Sequence record: NC_008515.1
Reading direction: 5' to 3' (one strand)
Source of the DNA: Escherichia phage RB32
Length of the DNA: 64,000 nucleotides
Positions 31,887 through 44,356 of this stretch are shown here, in pieces (position 1 is the first letter of the stretch; every line of letters starts with the position of its first letter). The position numbers and the translations under genes were made by a program. A model generated the notes under the pieces. It made no database searches and was not told the DNA's origin. It worked only from the letters and a program-made list of their open reading frames with translations.

Positions 31887-32219
31887 TTATTTTACTATTT
31901 TCCAATGCTGCATGTCAAGTTTACCAACTTTTTTCATCTTCTCAATCAAACGTTCGGCACGTTGGCGAGCTGTAACATAATGCCATTCGCCTAATTCATT
32001 TTGTTCAATTTTTCCAACGATTACTGTATTCAATTCATAAATCCAACCAGTAAAGAAATTATGAACTTGAATTGTAAAGGTGAAATCTGTTCCCATACCT
32101 TCTGTTGTTTCTACTTCAATAATATCACCTTCAACTGCCATTAAGAACCACATAGTTTCATCATATTTACCATTGAAGCATTTAGTTTTAACTGTAGCGT
32201 TCAGATTAATCGTTTTCAT
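31887..32219 (-). CDS. Hypothetical protein (30.x cluster)
   Basis: 110 aa ORF; ATG checked at 32217-32219. Confidence 0.6.
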   Translation of the reverse strand: MKTINLNATVKTKCFNGKYDETMWFLMAVEGDIIEVETTEGMGTDFTFTIQVHNFFTGWIYELNTVIVGKIEQNELGEWHYVTARQRAERLIEKMKKVGKLDMQHWKIVK

Positions 32220-32246
32220 TTTATTCTCCTTTGTTTGTGTAAGATA

Positions 32247-32276
32247 ATACTATCACAAAGGAACTATACTGTAAAC
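32247..32276 (-). promoter_or_regulatory. Early promoter (GTTTAC, 18-nt spacer, TAGTAT) upstream of the 110-aa ORF
   Basis: Read on - strand directly upstream of the ORF start. Confidence 0.45.
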
Positions 32277-32293
32277 AACTTTATGTAATCTTT

Positions 32294-32323
32294 GGAAAAT
32301 AAAAAGGACTCCCGAAGGAGTCC
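32294..32323 (-). terminator. Rho-independent terminator (GGACTCC-CGAA-GGAGTCC plus T-run on - strand)
   Basis: Perfect 7-bp stem, tetraloop, T-run; directly after the 32329 ORF stop. Confidence 0.65.
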
Positions 32324-32328
32324 TCAAC

Positions 32329-32547
32329 TTATGCTTTCTGCTTACCAAAACGAGAAGCATCATCTCGAAGAACCGCACGTGCTCGGCGCATGATCTTCTC
32401 AACAGTTTGATTGATACGAGAGTTCGACCCACGCTTGTAGCCAGCGCGTTTAGAATCACCAACTTTCTTTTCAACTGCTTTCTTTGCTTTAGCTTGTTTT
32501 GCCATTATAAATTCTCTTTTAAATGAAAATGCAGGACTTATTGGCAT
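32329..32547 (-). CDS. Small basic (K/R-rich) protein (position of 30.9); start may be the internal ATG at 32505
   Basis: 72 aa ORF; lysine-rich MAKQAKAKKAVEKK segment; followed by terminator. Confidence 0.55.
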   Translation of the reverse strand: MPISPAFSFKREFIMAKQAKAKKAVEKKVGDSKRAGYKRGSNSRINQTVEKIMRRARAVLRDDASRFGKQKA

Positions 32548-32626
32548 TGCCTGCGCAAGCCCTCAAGGGGAACATAGGTTTTTGGATATTTAACGACCAG
32601 GATAACCATAAACCTCGTCAACATAA

Positions 32627-32875
32627 TTACTTCAATGTTACCACAAAGTGACGAACTGCTTTTCGTGCAGCAGAAGCCAAAGGCTTAGCATATTTAAGTT
32701 CATCTTTTTCCTGAAGCTCAGCAGCTAATGCGGTTTGAGCAGGATTCAGATGTTTGAAATAACGCAGAATTTCAAGAGCTTCGGCTTCAACATCAATAGA
32801 TGCGCCATAGTTTTCGTGACCATTATTCCATGCGTTTCGTTGCAGTTCAAGAGCGTGTTGTAATTGTTTAATCAT
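32627..32875 (-). CDS. rIII: rIII lysis inhibition accessory protein
   Basis: 82 aa; recognised T4 rIII sequence. Confidence 0.9.
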   Translation of the reverse strand: MIKQLQHALELQRNAWNNGHENYGASIDVEAEALEILRYFKHLNPAQTALAAELQEKDELKYAKPLASAARKAVRHFVVTLK

Positions 32876-33022
32876 TTAAAAATTCTCGTTAGAGATTAAA
32901 ACTCGGTAGTCACGTTCTTCTGAATTTCATCTTCTTTCGACAGATCTCTCAGTTGTAGACTACCACATAGAATTGTTCGGTTAACTTATTATTCCGACAC
33001 CCAATTCATATTATTATTTATA

Positions 33023-33358
33023 TCACTTATAAAGACATGGAATAGCTTTATAGTGACAAGTAACGAATTTTTGTTTAATTTCTTTTGGCTGCTTAAGACC
33101 CAGAGCTACAAAAGGATGCGGAACATTTCGAATTTGACCAACTGGAAGAGAAGTCAAATCACCAACTTCGCAGAAACCTTCAGGAACATCAGGACCGACA
33201 GAGTGAACTACACACAGTTCAGGAACTTCACCTTGAACACGTTTACCGATAATAAGTCCTGATTCTGTAACTTCTTCATCACCGGCTTGTGCAGGTTCAG
33301 AAACTAAAATAACATATTCACCGACAGCACGAATTGGTAGCTGTTGTACTTCAGACAT
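33023..33358 (-). CDS. 31: gp31 co-chaperonin (GroES functional analogue)
   Basis: 111 aa; recognised T4 gp31 sequence. Confidence 0.95.
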
Positions 33359-33388
33359 CGTTTTTCCTTTTTGTTAACAGATGAATTA

Positions 33389-33415
33389 ATAATAACAAAT
33401 AATTCTTAAAGCATT
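33389..33415 (-). promoter_or_regulatory. Candidate MotA-dependent middle promoter for gene 31 (AATGCTTTA, 12-nt spacer, TATTAT)
   Basis: MotA-box-like TGCTTTA and -10 read on - strand about 30-55 nt upstream of the gene 31 ATG. Confidence 0.45.
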
Positions 33416-33723
33416 TATTTACCAATAAATTGGAGCAAATGCTCAACTTTCATACCATTAACGGAAATCAATTTGTCAATAGAAAAACCTCGCCATGCAC
33501 CAAGCTCAACATCAAACACTGGAATCATGTCAGTAGATTCTTTCCGAGTAGATTCAGTCAATTTACCAGTTTGCATGGTTGGCATAAAGTCTGCATCACG
33601 AGTACCTTTCATAGTACGAATAGTACCATCAGACTTTTCAAAAACTACGTTTGAAACACCCATGGACAATTTAGTTTTCAAAATTTCACGAATTGCTACT
33701 TTCTGCTCAGTTGTCAGTTTCAT
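33415..33723 (-). CDS. Hypothetical protein (position of 31.1)
   Basis: 102 aa ORF. Confidence 0.6.
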   Translation of the reverse strand: MKLTTEQKVAIREILKTKLSMGVSNVVFEKSDGTIRTMKGTRDADFMPTMQTGKLTESTRKESTDMIPVFDVELGAWRGFSIDKLISVNGMKVEHLLQFIGK

Positions 33724-33960
33724 TTATTTACCTATTACAGTTTTAATATGAGTTGTTCCACGTTCTTTAAGGGTGGAAAGTAATTTTTGGCATTTTTCTA
33801 AATCAGATTTCCAACTATATGGTTTATCAATACAAACCCAATTTGTCTTATAATACTGTTTCCATTTAGAGAAAAAATATTTCTTATACTCTACAGCAAA
33901 CGAGATGTTCTCATTAGAATAAGAACTAATTGCTGTGAGCTTTACCAAACGAAATTTCAT
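33724..33960 (-). CDS. Hypothetical protein (position of 31.2)
   Basis: 78 aa ORF. Confidence 0.55.
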   Translation of the reverse strand: MKFRLVKLTAISSYSNENISFAVEYKKYFFSKWKQYYKTNWVCIDKPYSWKSDLEKCQKLLSTLKERGTTHIKTVIGK

Positions 33961-34541
33961 TATTCACCGCAGAATTCGTTGATATTTTCCCAGTTTAACT
34001 TATTCAAGTTTTTCTTAGGAACATTAAACACTTCAATACCTGCATTTCGCAGAATATCATCCCAGCCAGGTTTATTTTTATCGTATGTTTCACAATAAAC
34101 CAGCTTTTTAATACCAGATTGAGCTATCGCTTTTGCGCAATCTGGACAGGGAGAAAGTGTTACATACATAGTAGCACCTTCAATAGAAGAACCATTTCGT
34201 GCAGCAAACAAAATTGCATTTAGTTCAGCATGAATTTCATTTTTAGATGACCATTCCGAGTGAGCACTACGATGTTCTTTCGCCAAGACAAAACGATCAG
34301 TTGAACCAAATGATACACATTCAGGCTTATGACCTTGAATGATAGTATGTTTAGGCTTATTCAACAACCAACCTTGCTCAGCAGCATAATCACAACAGTT
34401 CACACCCCCTGCGGGTGAACCATTATACCCAGTAGAAATAATACGTCCATTCTTTTCAATTACTGCTCCTACCTTCCAGGAGCAACATTTTGATTCCTGC
34501 GATACTAAATATGCAATTTGAAGTACTGTACTCGCTTTCAT
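33960..34541 (-). CDS. cd: dCMP deaminase
   Basis: 193 aa; HAE and PCPDC zinc-binding deaminase motifs. Confidence 0.95.
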   Translation of the reverse strand: MKASTVLQIAYLVSQESKCCSWKVGAVIEKNGRIISTGYNGSPAGGVNCCDYAAEQGWLLNKPKHTIIQGHKPECVSFGSTDRFVLAKEHRSAHSEWSSKNEIHAELNAILFAARNGSSIEGATMYVTLSPCPDCAKAIAQSGIKKLVYCETYDKNKPGWDDILRNAGIEVFNVPKKNLNKLNWENINEFCGE

Positions 34542-34876
34542 TTCATAATCACCAGATAAGCAGATTTAGCAGTTTCAACACGATAAATTTCGTGACGAAG
34601 TTTAGTTATACTTTTAATAACAGAACTAATTATATTCTGCCCATCTTTAAAGCGGTTTTTCTTATCAATAAAAATTGCACCAGCCATCTTTTTGTGAAGC
34701 TCAACTTGATACTTCGTCACAATAATAGCATCATACACAGAAGGATGAATACTATTCACTAAAGTATCATTCATTAAAGTTATTCTAATGAACTGTGCTG
34801 TTTCAGAATCAAGCGCTCTATGATCGCCAGTATCATTTTCAAGACAATTATCAATTATATCAGTTAAATTCATCAT
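34538..34876 (-). CDS. Hypothetical protein (cd.1 position)
   Basis: 112 aa ORF, overlapping junctions. Confidence 0.55.
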   Translation of the reverse strand: MMNLTDIIDNCLENDTGDHRALDSETAQFIRITLMNDTLVNSIHPSVYDAIIVTKYQVELHKKMAGAIFIDKKNRFKDGQNIISSVIKSITKLRHEIYRVETAKSAYLVIMK

Positions 34877-35109
34877 AGTACGCCATACACCCTTTGTGCT
34901 TCAACTAATCCATCAAAATCCAGTTTAAGATGCGATATTTGATCGCCATCACCTGGATTCACAATTACTAATACTGAACGAGGAGTTTCGGTAATAACGC
35001 GAACCGACGTTTCAGGAAATCGTTCAGAAACCTTATTTACCAATTCTTGAGCAAATAGTTTAACTTTTTCTTGGAATTCTTTAACAGTAATTGGTTTTTC
35101 GCTTAGCAT
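34873..35109 (-). CDS. Hypothetical protein (cd.2 position)
   Basis: 78 aa ORF. Confidence 0.55.
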   Translation of the reverse strand: MLSEKPITVKEFQEKVKLFAQELVNKVSERFPETSVRVITETPRSVLVIVNPGDGDQISHLKLDFDGLVEAQRVYGVL

Positions 35110-35630
35110 GTTGATCCTAGCTCCTTACTTTCAACGTTTTTAACTAATTTGACAGAAACTAATTCAGCATCTTGAGTAATCATTACCGGGCCTTCTTCAT
35201 ACTCTTCAAGATATTCTAGAGCTTTCTTTTTAGCTTCTTCCTTCGTATCAGTTTGAGCATAGATATAAAACATACAACCAGTAATACCTACTACTTTCCA
35301 CTTAATTTCTTTATCAGCTTTAATTTCAAATTTACTGACAGAATCATCTTTTTGAACTTCTTCGAAAAAAGAATATTCTAACATATAAGCAATTGAAAAT
35401 AACGGGCTAACTTTATAGGATTCACCCATTACATCAACAGCTTTATACCAACAATCATCAATTTCGCGTTTAATGCTAATAACATTTTTCGCAGGATCTA
35501 TTTTTACTTTAAATGAATTTTCCCCAATAAACTGGGCAATTCGTTTATTAGCCCCGCAAGTTTCATTAAAAATATCTTTATATCCAGCTTTAAAGCGATA
35601 AACCTTATCTTCTTCAAACCATTCGCTCAT
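35103..35630 (-). CDS. Hypothetical protein (cd.3 position)
   Basis: 175 aa ORF; ATG checked; early promoter upstream. Confidence 0.6.
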   Translation of the reverse strand: MSEWFEEDKVYRFKAGYKDIFNETCGANKRIAQFIGENSFKVKIDPAKNVISIKREIDDCWYKAVDVMGESYKVSPLFSIAYMLEYSFFEEVQKDDSVSKFEIKADKEIKWKVVGITGCMFYIYAQTDTKEEAKKKALEYLEEYEEGPVMITQDAELVSVKLVKNVESKELGSTC

Positions 35631-35660
35631 TTCAATTTCCTCATTTGTTTTGGTAGAGCT

Positions 35661-35690
35661 ATAATATCACAACTCTACCGTAAAGTAAAC
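35661..35690 (-). promoter_or_regulatory. Early promoter (GTTTAC, 18-nt spacer, TATTAT) upstream of the 175-aa ORF
   Basis: Read on - strand; -10 bracketed by inverted repeat GGTAGAG/CTCTACC. Confidence 0.5.
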
Positions 35691-35692
35691 TA

Positions 35693-35968
35693 TTAAATTG
35701 CTTTGAATTCTGATGTCTGTGATTCAAAGCGAATGTCGCCTTTGATAACTAGCTCAGCATCAAGACCAAATACAACAATGATATGCGCGGAACCTGGATA
35801 CAACGTAATGGCAATAGAATCCACCTGGTCTGGAAGCAAAGCGTTCAATACATGAGTCACTTGAGCGTGGATTCGAAGTTCAGCTGCATTATCAAGCTTT
35901 TCAAACATGTTATTAGCGATAATTTGGCTAAACACTACTTCTACGATTTTAGAGTAAGTCGGAAACAT
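35693..35968 (-). CDS. Hypothetical protein (cd.4 position)
   Basis: 91 aa ORF. Confidence 0.55.
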   Translation of the reverse strand: MFPTYSKIVEVVFSQIIANNMFEKLDNAAELRIHAQVTHVLNALLPDQVDSIAITLYPGSAHIIVVFGLDAELVIKGDIRFESQTSEFKAI

Positions 35969-36032
35969 ATTTACCTCACATAATTTTCTTCAAGCCAATT
36001 AATAATATCCCAAGTTTCATGGTGCAAAGCCA

Positions 36033-37254
<1,222 letters not shown>

Positions 37255-37258
<4 letters not shown>

Positions 37259-37485
37259 TTATTTTTCTCAACCAACGATTGAATATAATCATGCAGGTCT
37301 TTAGATGCTTTACCCCACTTATTTTGATATTCATTTTTAAGATTAGCTCGAGATTGAGCTAATAAAACATCATTAGTTGGAGGTAAAGATTCTAACCGCT
37401 GAATCTGGCGTCCATAAATCATTGCAGCCATCTCGGATTCATAAATCAATCCTTTGAGATGTTCAAATTGATGCCATGAAATCAT
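37255..37485 (-). CDS. Hypothetical protein
   Basis: 76 aa ORF with ATGA-type junctions. Confidence 0.5.
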
Positions 37486-37781
37486 TTACATTTATCCTCT
37501 TTTAGCTCTTGACGATAATAACATATCATAGTTTTTTGGTCATGTACATATCGTTTTACATCATTAAGCCAAATACGAAATTCCTGGGAATCTTCAAATG
37601 GCATACCGACCCAAGCTTTACCATCAATAACTTTAACTTGCCAAGATAGTTTAGCTTCATCATATGACTTTATTTGTACAGGCCAATTAGGATGAACTGT
37701 TTCTTTCTTTACTTCTAGAGGCTTTGTCGAACAACCAACTAGAAGACCAATAGATAATATTACTGCCGATAGTTTAATCAT
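37482..37781 (-). CDS. Outer-membrane spanin (Rz1-like lipoprotein); corresponds to T4 pseT.2
   Basis: 99 aa; signal peptide with lipobox LLVGC; adjacent to the i-spanin. Confidence 0.7.
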   Translation of the reverse strand: MIKLSAVILSIGLLVGCSTKPLEVKKETVHPNWPVQIKSYDEAKLSWQVKVIDGKAWVGMPFEDSQEFRIWLNDVKRYVHDQKTMICYYRQELKEDKCK

Positions 37782-38131
37782 TTAGAAAGGTCCTGGATGT
37801 CTTCTGCGAACTTGTTGAAGGAGTTGTTGATTTGTTTTTCAACCAATCCTGGCTTATGAGCCACCACATCCGCCTTCTTTGCATCTTTGCGCAGTTTTTC
37901 ATTTTCACGCTCAATAGCAGCAATTGCCTCACGATTTTTAGTATTCATCGCATCAATATAATTATACTGAATTCGCAAATTATTTAATGCTAAAGCGTTT
38001 TCATTGGCTGTTTTTGTAATTTCAGTAACTGATGTTTCTAATCTTTCTACCTTATTTTTTAAAATAATAGATGTTCCGCCAAATGCTATTACAAGTAATA
38101 GCAATCCAGTTGTTGTATTACTTAATTGCAT
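37778..38131 (-). CDS. Inner-membrane spanin (Rz-like); corresponds to T4 pseT.3
   Basis: 117 aa; N-terminal transmembrane helix then coiled-coil periplasmic domain. Confidence 0.7.
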   Translation of the reverse strand: MQLSNTTTGLLLLVIAFGGTSIILKNKVERLETSVTEITKTANENALALNNLRIQYNYIDAMNTKNREAIAAIERENEKLRKDAKKADVVAHKPGLVEKQINNSFNKFAEDIQDLSK

Positions 38132-38628
38132 AAAGTTTTAATAACCTCTATAATATCGTCTTGAGAAAGACCGTTAATTAAAATATGATGTTCCGCCGGA
38201 GATTTAGAAATTTTAAAGCATGCCGCAACATCTTCTGCCATATCCGATGCGCTACGATTTGGATTACTAATTCCAAGACGATGTTTTCCTGTTAAAGGAT
38301 TAACGATGATATAGCATTTACAGCTATTGATATGAACATTAGGTTGAGTCTGATTAATGAACACTTCACAATCATACTTAGCGAGTTGATTTTCTAAAAA
38401 GACTTTCATCTCTTCAACCGCATCAGGAAGCATATCACGGGCTTGCTCAAGACGACGATTTCGATATTCTTTAATGGTCGTTTTCCGCTTGACTTGCTTA
38501 GCTAAATCTTTCTTAAGATCGGTGATATATCCAACTCGACGATTTCCTTTGAATACAGAAATCCCATCTGTAGTATCACCGTATGCTTCAACGACCATTT
38601 CAGTAGTAATAAGTTGTAAATCCATCAT
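38122..38628 (-). CDS. alc: Alc, inhibitor of host transcription on cytosine DNA
   Basis: 168 aa; recognised T4 Alc sequence. Confidence 0.9.
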   Translation of the reverse strand: MMDLQLITTEMVVEAYGDTTDGISVFKGNRRVGYITDLKKDLAKQVKRKTTIKEYRNRRLEQARDMLPDAVEEMKVFLENQLAKYDCEVFINQTQPNVHINSCKCYIIVNPLTGKHRLGISNPNRSASDMAEDVAACFKISKSPAEHHILINGLSQDDIIEVIKTLCN

Positions 38629-38632
38629 AAAG

Positions 38633-38686
38633 TCCTCATGTTATGTCAGTAAGACTACTATAACACAACACGAGGGACTTGTAAAC
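38633..38686 (-). promoter_or_regulatory. Early promoter cassette upstream of alc; copy 2 of the 54-bp perfect repeat
   Basis: Identical 54 nt to 23267-23320; -35 GTTTAC sits 3 nt after the rnlA stop; GAGGA SD 7 nt before the alc ATG. Confidence 0.6.
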
Positions 38687-38689
38687 AGC

Positions 38690-40277
<1,588 letters not shown>

Positions 40278-40285
40278 AATAAAAT

Positions 40286-40299
40286 GGGCCTTGCGGCCC
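40286..40299 (-). promoter_or_regulatory. Stable hairpin (GGGCC-GCAA-GGCCC) between the SD-like TAAGGAG and the denA ATG
   Basis: On - strand: nrdB stop TAA-GGAG, then the hairpin, then AUUUUAUU-AUG. Confidence 0.5.
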
Positions 40300-40304
40300 A
40301 CTCC

Positions 40305-41483
40305 TTAAAAGTATTTTTTAAAACTCATCATAACTTTATCATCAACATCATTATCAATCTGTGCAACAAGGTAAGATGACAGTTCTACTTCTTGTGGCGC
40401 GGATTGAACATTATCAGAATTAAGATATTCACGAATCCAAGGATATGGGTGTTTAACCGGAGCATCGGTAATTGGGCATGGAAGACCACACTGTTTCATA
40501 CGAGATACAGTTAAGTAATCAATAAAGCTCCACATGCTATTTGTATTTAATCCAGGAACATCGCCATCTTTAAATAAATGAACTGCCCAATCTTTTTCTT
40601 GGCGGTTAACTTCCATGAAAATATCAACTGCTTCTTGTTCACACTCTTGAGCAATTTTAACCCATTCATCACCATCAGTACCGGATTGAAGTTGACGAAT
40701 AATATATTGGGTGCCTTTAAGGTGAAGCTGTTCATCGCGTGCAATGAACTTCATAATCTTGGCATTACCTTCCATGATTTCCATGTTCTTATGGAAGTTA
40801 AAGGTACATGCAAAAGATACATAAAAACGAATAGCTTCTAAGGCATTAATAACGTGTAAACAGAGGTAAAGAGACTTCATTAAAGCACATTTAGCTTCGG
40901 CTTCTTGTTTAATAGCTCGGTTTAAACGAAAATCAGCATCAGGAGATTCTTTAGCTAGTTCTACAAATTCTTTAGCGTTTTCCCATTCACGGGTTTTAAC
41001 CAAGACATCATCATAATAGCGACCGATAGATTCAGCACGTTTCATGATAGCTTCATCTAATACAATCTCATCAAATACCTTCGATGGATCAGTATAAAGA
41101 TTTCGCATGATATGAGTATATGAACGACTGTGAATAGTTTCACTAAAAGTCCATGTAGCAACCCACGTATCAAGGCTTGGGTCTGAAATTAATGACATAA
41201 GTACAGCAGACGGCGCACGACCCTGAATGCTATCCAAAAGTGATTGATACTTCAAGTTGTTAGTAAAAATATTTTGCTGATACTGAGGAAGCTTATTAAA
41301 CTGTGCAGCATCCATCATTAAGTTTACTTCTTCCGGGCGCCAGAAAAATGATAAGGACTTTTCTGTAAGTTCTTCAAATACTCGATGCCGTTGAATATCA
41401 TAACGCGCAATACCAAGACCTGAACCAAAAAACATAGGTTCTTTTAAAACATCAACTGGGTTTGTATTAAAAACTGTGCTCAT
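40305..41483 (-). CDS. nrdB: Ribonucleotide reductase small subunit NrdB (uninterrupted, no intron)
   Basis: Single 392-aa ORF with no interruption. Confidence 0.93.
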   Translation of the reverse strand: MSTVFNTNPVDVLKEPMFFGSGLGIARYDIQRHRVFEELTEKSLSFFWRPEEVNLMMDAAQFNKLPQYQQNIFTNNLKYQSLLDSIQGRAPSAVLMSLISDPSLDTWVATWTFSETIHSRSYTHIMRNLYTDPSKVFDEIVLDEAIMKRAESIGRYYDDVLVKTREWENAKEFVELAKESPDADFRLNRAIKQEAEAKCALMKSLYLCLHVINALEAIRFYVSFACTFNFHKNMEIMEGNAKIMKFIARDEQLHLKGTQYIIRQLQSGTDGDEWVKIAQECEQEAVDIFMEVNRQEKDWAVHLFKDGDVPGLNTNSMWSFIDYLTVSRMKQCGLPCPITDAPVKHPYPWIREYLNSDNVQSAPQEVELSSYLVAQIDNDVDDKVMMSFKKYF

Positions 41484-41534
41484 AAATTTTCCACTTAGTT
41501 AATAGTTGGTGACTCGTCCGTGAGTCAAATTATA

Positions 41535-43799
41535 TCATAATTTACAGGATGAACAATCTTCAGCTTTTGGAGTTTCTATTTCATAATCATCAGTACCAGA
41601 ACCATCACGGGTATTATGATAATAGAAATTTTTAATGCCATAATACCATCCGTATAGCATGTCATCAATCATTATTGACATTGGAACCTTTCCTTTTGGA
41701 AAAATCTGCGGGTCATAGTATGTATTCGCTGAAGCTGATTGACATACCCATTTCAGCATAATAGCTACCTGCGTAAGATAAGGTTTATTACCTTTCTTAG
41801 CTAATTTCCACGTATAATCATATAGGTCTATGTTATGCTCAATATTGGGCACGACTTGATTAAAGGAGCCCTCTTTTGATTCTTTAACAGAGACTGGTCC
41901 ACGTGGAGGCTCGATGCCGTTTGTACTGTTAGAAACTTGGGAAGATGACTCACATGGCATAAGTGCTGATAATGTGCTATTACGGATGCCAAAGAGCTTA
42001 AGGTCTTCCCGCAGCGCCGACCAGTCACAAACGTATTTTGGAGCTGCGATTTGGTCAATCTTTTTATTGTACCAGTCGATAGGTAGTTCGCCTCGAGACC
42101 AACGAGTGTCTGAATAATATTCGCAAGGTCCTTTTTCTTTGGCGAGCTTAATGGATGCTTTAATGAGTCCATACTGTAATCTCTCAAATAGTTCATGTGT
42201 TAAATCGTTAGCATCTTCATAAGAAGCAAAGTTACTTGCCAGCCAAGCTGCATAGTTAGTAACACCTACACCAAGGTTACGACGCTTTTTAGCTTTTTCT
42301 GCTTCAGGAACTGGATATCCTTGGTAATCCAAAAGATTATCAAGAGCACGAACTTGAACTTCTGCCAATTCATTAATTTTATCTTGGTCTTGCCAGTCAA
42401 AATTATCTAGTACGAATGCAGATAACGTGCACAAGCCAATTTCAGCATCAGGACTATTCACATCATTTGTTGGAATAGCAATTTCACAGCACAAGTTACT
42501 CTGACGAATAGGTGCCTTTTCACGAATAAACGGAGTATAGTTATTCGTATTATCAATGAACTGCACATAAATCCTTGCTGTTCCTGAACGTTCAGTCATG
42601 AGCAATTCAAATAGTTCACGGGCTTTAATACGCTTTTTGCGAATATTAGGGTCTTTTTCTGCTGCTTCGTATAATTCACGGAAACGGTCTTGGTCTTTAA
42701 AATAAGAATAATAAAGCTCGCCACCCATTTCATGCGGACTGAACAAAGTAATATAATCGTTCTTTCCGAATCGTTCCATCATCAAATCATTCAGTTGAAC
42801 ACCATAATCCATATGACGAATGCGGTTTTCTTCTACGCCTTTGTTATTTTTCAAAACGAGAAGATTTTCAACTTCCAAATGCCAAATAGGATAATAAGCA
42901 GTAGCAGCGCCGCCACGAATTCCACCCTGTGAGCATGATTTAACAGCAGTCTGAAAATGTTTCCAAAAAGGAATAACACCAGTATGGCGTACTTCACCCA
43001 TGCCAATCTTAGAACCTTCGGCACGAATCATACCAACGTTAATACCAATTCCAGCGCGTTTAGAGATATATTCAACAATTGAAGCGGAAGCCTTATTGAT
43101 AGACTTCAATGAATCTCCTGCCTCAATAACAACACATGAACTAAACTGTCGAGTTGGAGTACGACAACCAGCCATAATAGGAGTTGGCAATGAAATCTGT
43201 CGAGTAGATACTGCTTCATAAAAACGAATAACGTGTTTTAATCTATCAACAGGTTCATCTTGATGCAGTGCCATTCCAATAGTCATAAATGCAAACTGTG
43301 GAGTTTCATAAATTTGACCAGTGGTTTTATCTTTAACTAGATATTTTTCTTTTAATTGCATCGCCCCGGAATAAGTAAATTCCATATCCCGTTCGTGCTT
43401 AATTTTTGATTCTAAAAATGTAATTTCTTCTGCTGAATATTTTGACAATAATTCAGGGTCATATTTACCTTCATTTACACAATAAGAAATATGGTCAATA
43501 AATGAACGTGGTTCATACTGCCCATAAACATGCTTACGAAGAGCAAACATTAAACAACGCGCAGCTACATATTGATAATCAGGCTCTTCAACCGAAATAG
43601 AATTCGCAGCAGCCTTAATGACAATAGTCTGAATATCATCAGTTGTCATTCCATCACGGAGATAAGATTTAATATTTTCATATAATTCATAAGGATCTAC
43701 TGATGTTCCTTCAGCTGCCCAAGATAAAACTTTAATAATTTTTTGTGGGTCAAAGCTCTGAGAAACACCACTACTTTTGATAACATTAATTAATTGCAT
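41535..43799 (-). CDS. nrdA: Ribonucleotide reductase large subunit NrdA
   Basis: 754 aa, same as T4 NrdA; N-terminal ATP-cone. Confidence 0.95.
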   Translation of the reverse strand: MQLINVIKSSGVSQSFDPQKIIKVLSWAAEGTSVDPYELYENIKSYLRDGMTTDDIQTIVIKAAANSISVEEPDYQYVAARCLMFALRKHVYGQYEPRSFIDHISYCVNEGKYDPELLSKYSAEEITFLESKIKHERDMEFTYSGAMQLKEKYLVKDKTTGQIYETPQFAFMTIGMALHQDEPVDRLKHVIRFYEAVSTRQISLPTPIMAGCRTPTRQFSSCVVIEAGDSLKSINKASASIVEYISKRAGIGINVGMIRAEGSKIGMGEVRHTGVIPFWKHFQTAVKSCSQGGIRGGAATAYYPIWHLEVENLLVLKNNKGVEENRIRHMDYGVQLNDLMMERFGKNDYITLFSPHEMGGELYYSYFKDQDRFRELYEAAEKDPNIRKKRIKARELFELLMTERSGTARIYVQFIDNTNNYTPFIREKAPIRQSNLCCEIAIPTNDVNSPDAEIGLCTLSAFVLDNFDWQDQDKINELAEVQVRALDNLLDYQGYPVPEAEKAKKRRNLGVGVTNYAAWLASNFASYEDANDLTHELFERLQYGLIKASIKLAKEKGPCEYYSDTRWSRGELPIDWYNKKIDQIAAPKYVCDWSALREDLKLFGIRNSTLSALMPCESSSQVSNSTNGIEPPRGPVSVKESKEGSFNQVVPNIEHNIDLYDYTWKLAKKGNKPYLTQVAIMLKWVCQSASANTYYDPQIFPKGKVPMSIMIDDMLYGWYYGIKNFYYHNTRDGSGTDDYEIETPKAEDCSSCKL

Positions 43800-44116
43800 A
43801 AGTCCTCAACTTGAAAATCGTCTTTAAACAATCGGTTAACTATATGAGCTATTATATCACCATGACACGGCTTTGGTTTACATGTGCATCCTAGCCTCAT
43901 TCCACGTAAAGGCTCTAAATGTGCTTTAGTTATTTCTCCGGATTTAATTCGACGTATAAAATCTTTTTTGAATAATTCAATGGCAGCCTCCCGGCTGCCA
44001 GCATCTTTACCGACGTAATTCCCCCAAAATGTACCACGGTGAATATTAACATCAAAGTCGGATTTATATTTATTCACTACCCGGCATAGACGGCCCGCGC
44101 GGTTGTAGGTGTTCAT
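43790..44116 (-). CDS. DUF4326-like small protein (Cys/His motif [12 protein letters not shown])
   Basis: 108 aa; pattern matches my recollection of the DUF4326 family. Confidence 0.6.
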   Translation of the reverse strand: MNTYNRAGRLCRVVNKYKSDFDVNIHRGTFWGNYVGKDAGSREAAIELFKKDFIRRIKSGEITKAHLEPLRGMRLGCTCKPKPCHGDIIAHIVNRLFKDDFQVEDLCN

Positions 44117-44345
44117 ATTGTTCTTCCGTTAAAACAGTAATATCGTAGTAACAGTCAGAAGAAGTTTTAACTGTAGAAATTTTATTATCAAAATACTCAC
44201 GAGTCATTTTATGAGTATAATATTTTTTGCCATAAATGATAATAGGCTGATTTGGTCCTGGAACTTCTAACTCACTTGGATTAGGAAGTGTAAAAAGAAC
44301 TACACCAGAAGTATCTTTAAATCGTAAAATCATATATCCTCGCAA
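44070..44345 (-). CDS. Hypothetical protein between td and nrdA
   Basis: 91 aa ORF; overlaps the next ORF by 47 nt in another frame. Confidence 0.5.
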   Translation of the reverse strand: MRGYMILRFKDTSGVVLFTLPNPSELEVPGPNQPIIIYGKKYYTHKMTREYFDNKISTVKTSSDCYYDITVLTEEQYEHLQPRGPSMPGSE

Positions 44346-44356
44346 TTAAATTAAAA

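Noticed and set aside
32253-32474. 73-aa ORF in an alternate - strand frame overlapping the 30.9-position gene
   Set aside because: The overlapping frame encodes a plausible lysine-rich small protein followed by a terminator; this frame runs through that terminator hairpin and has no SD.
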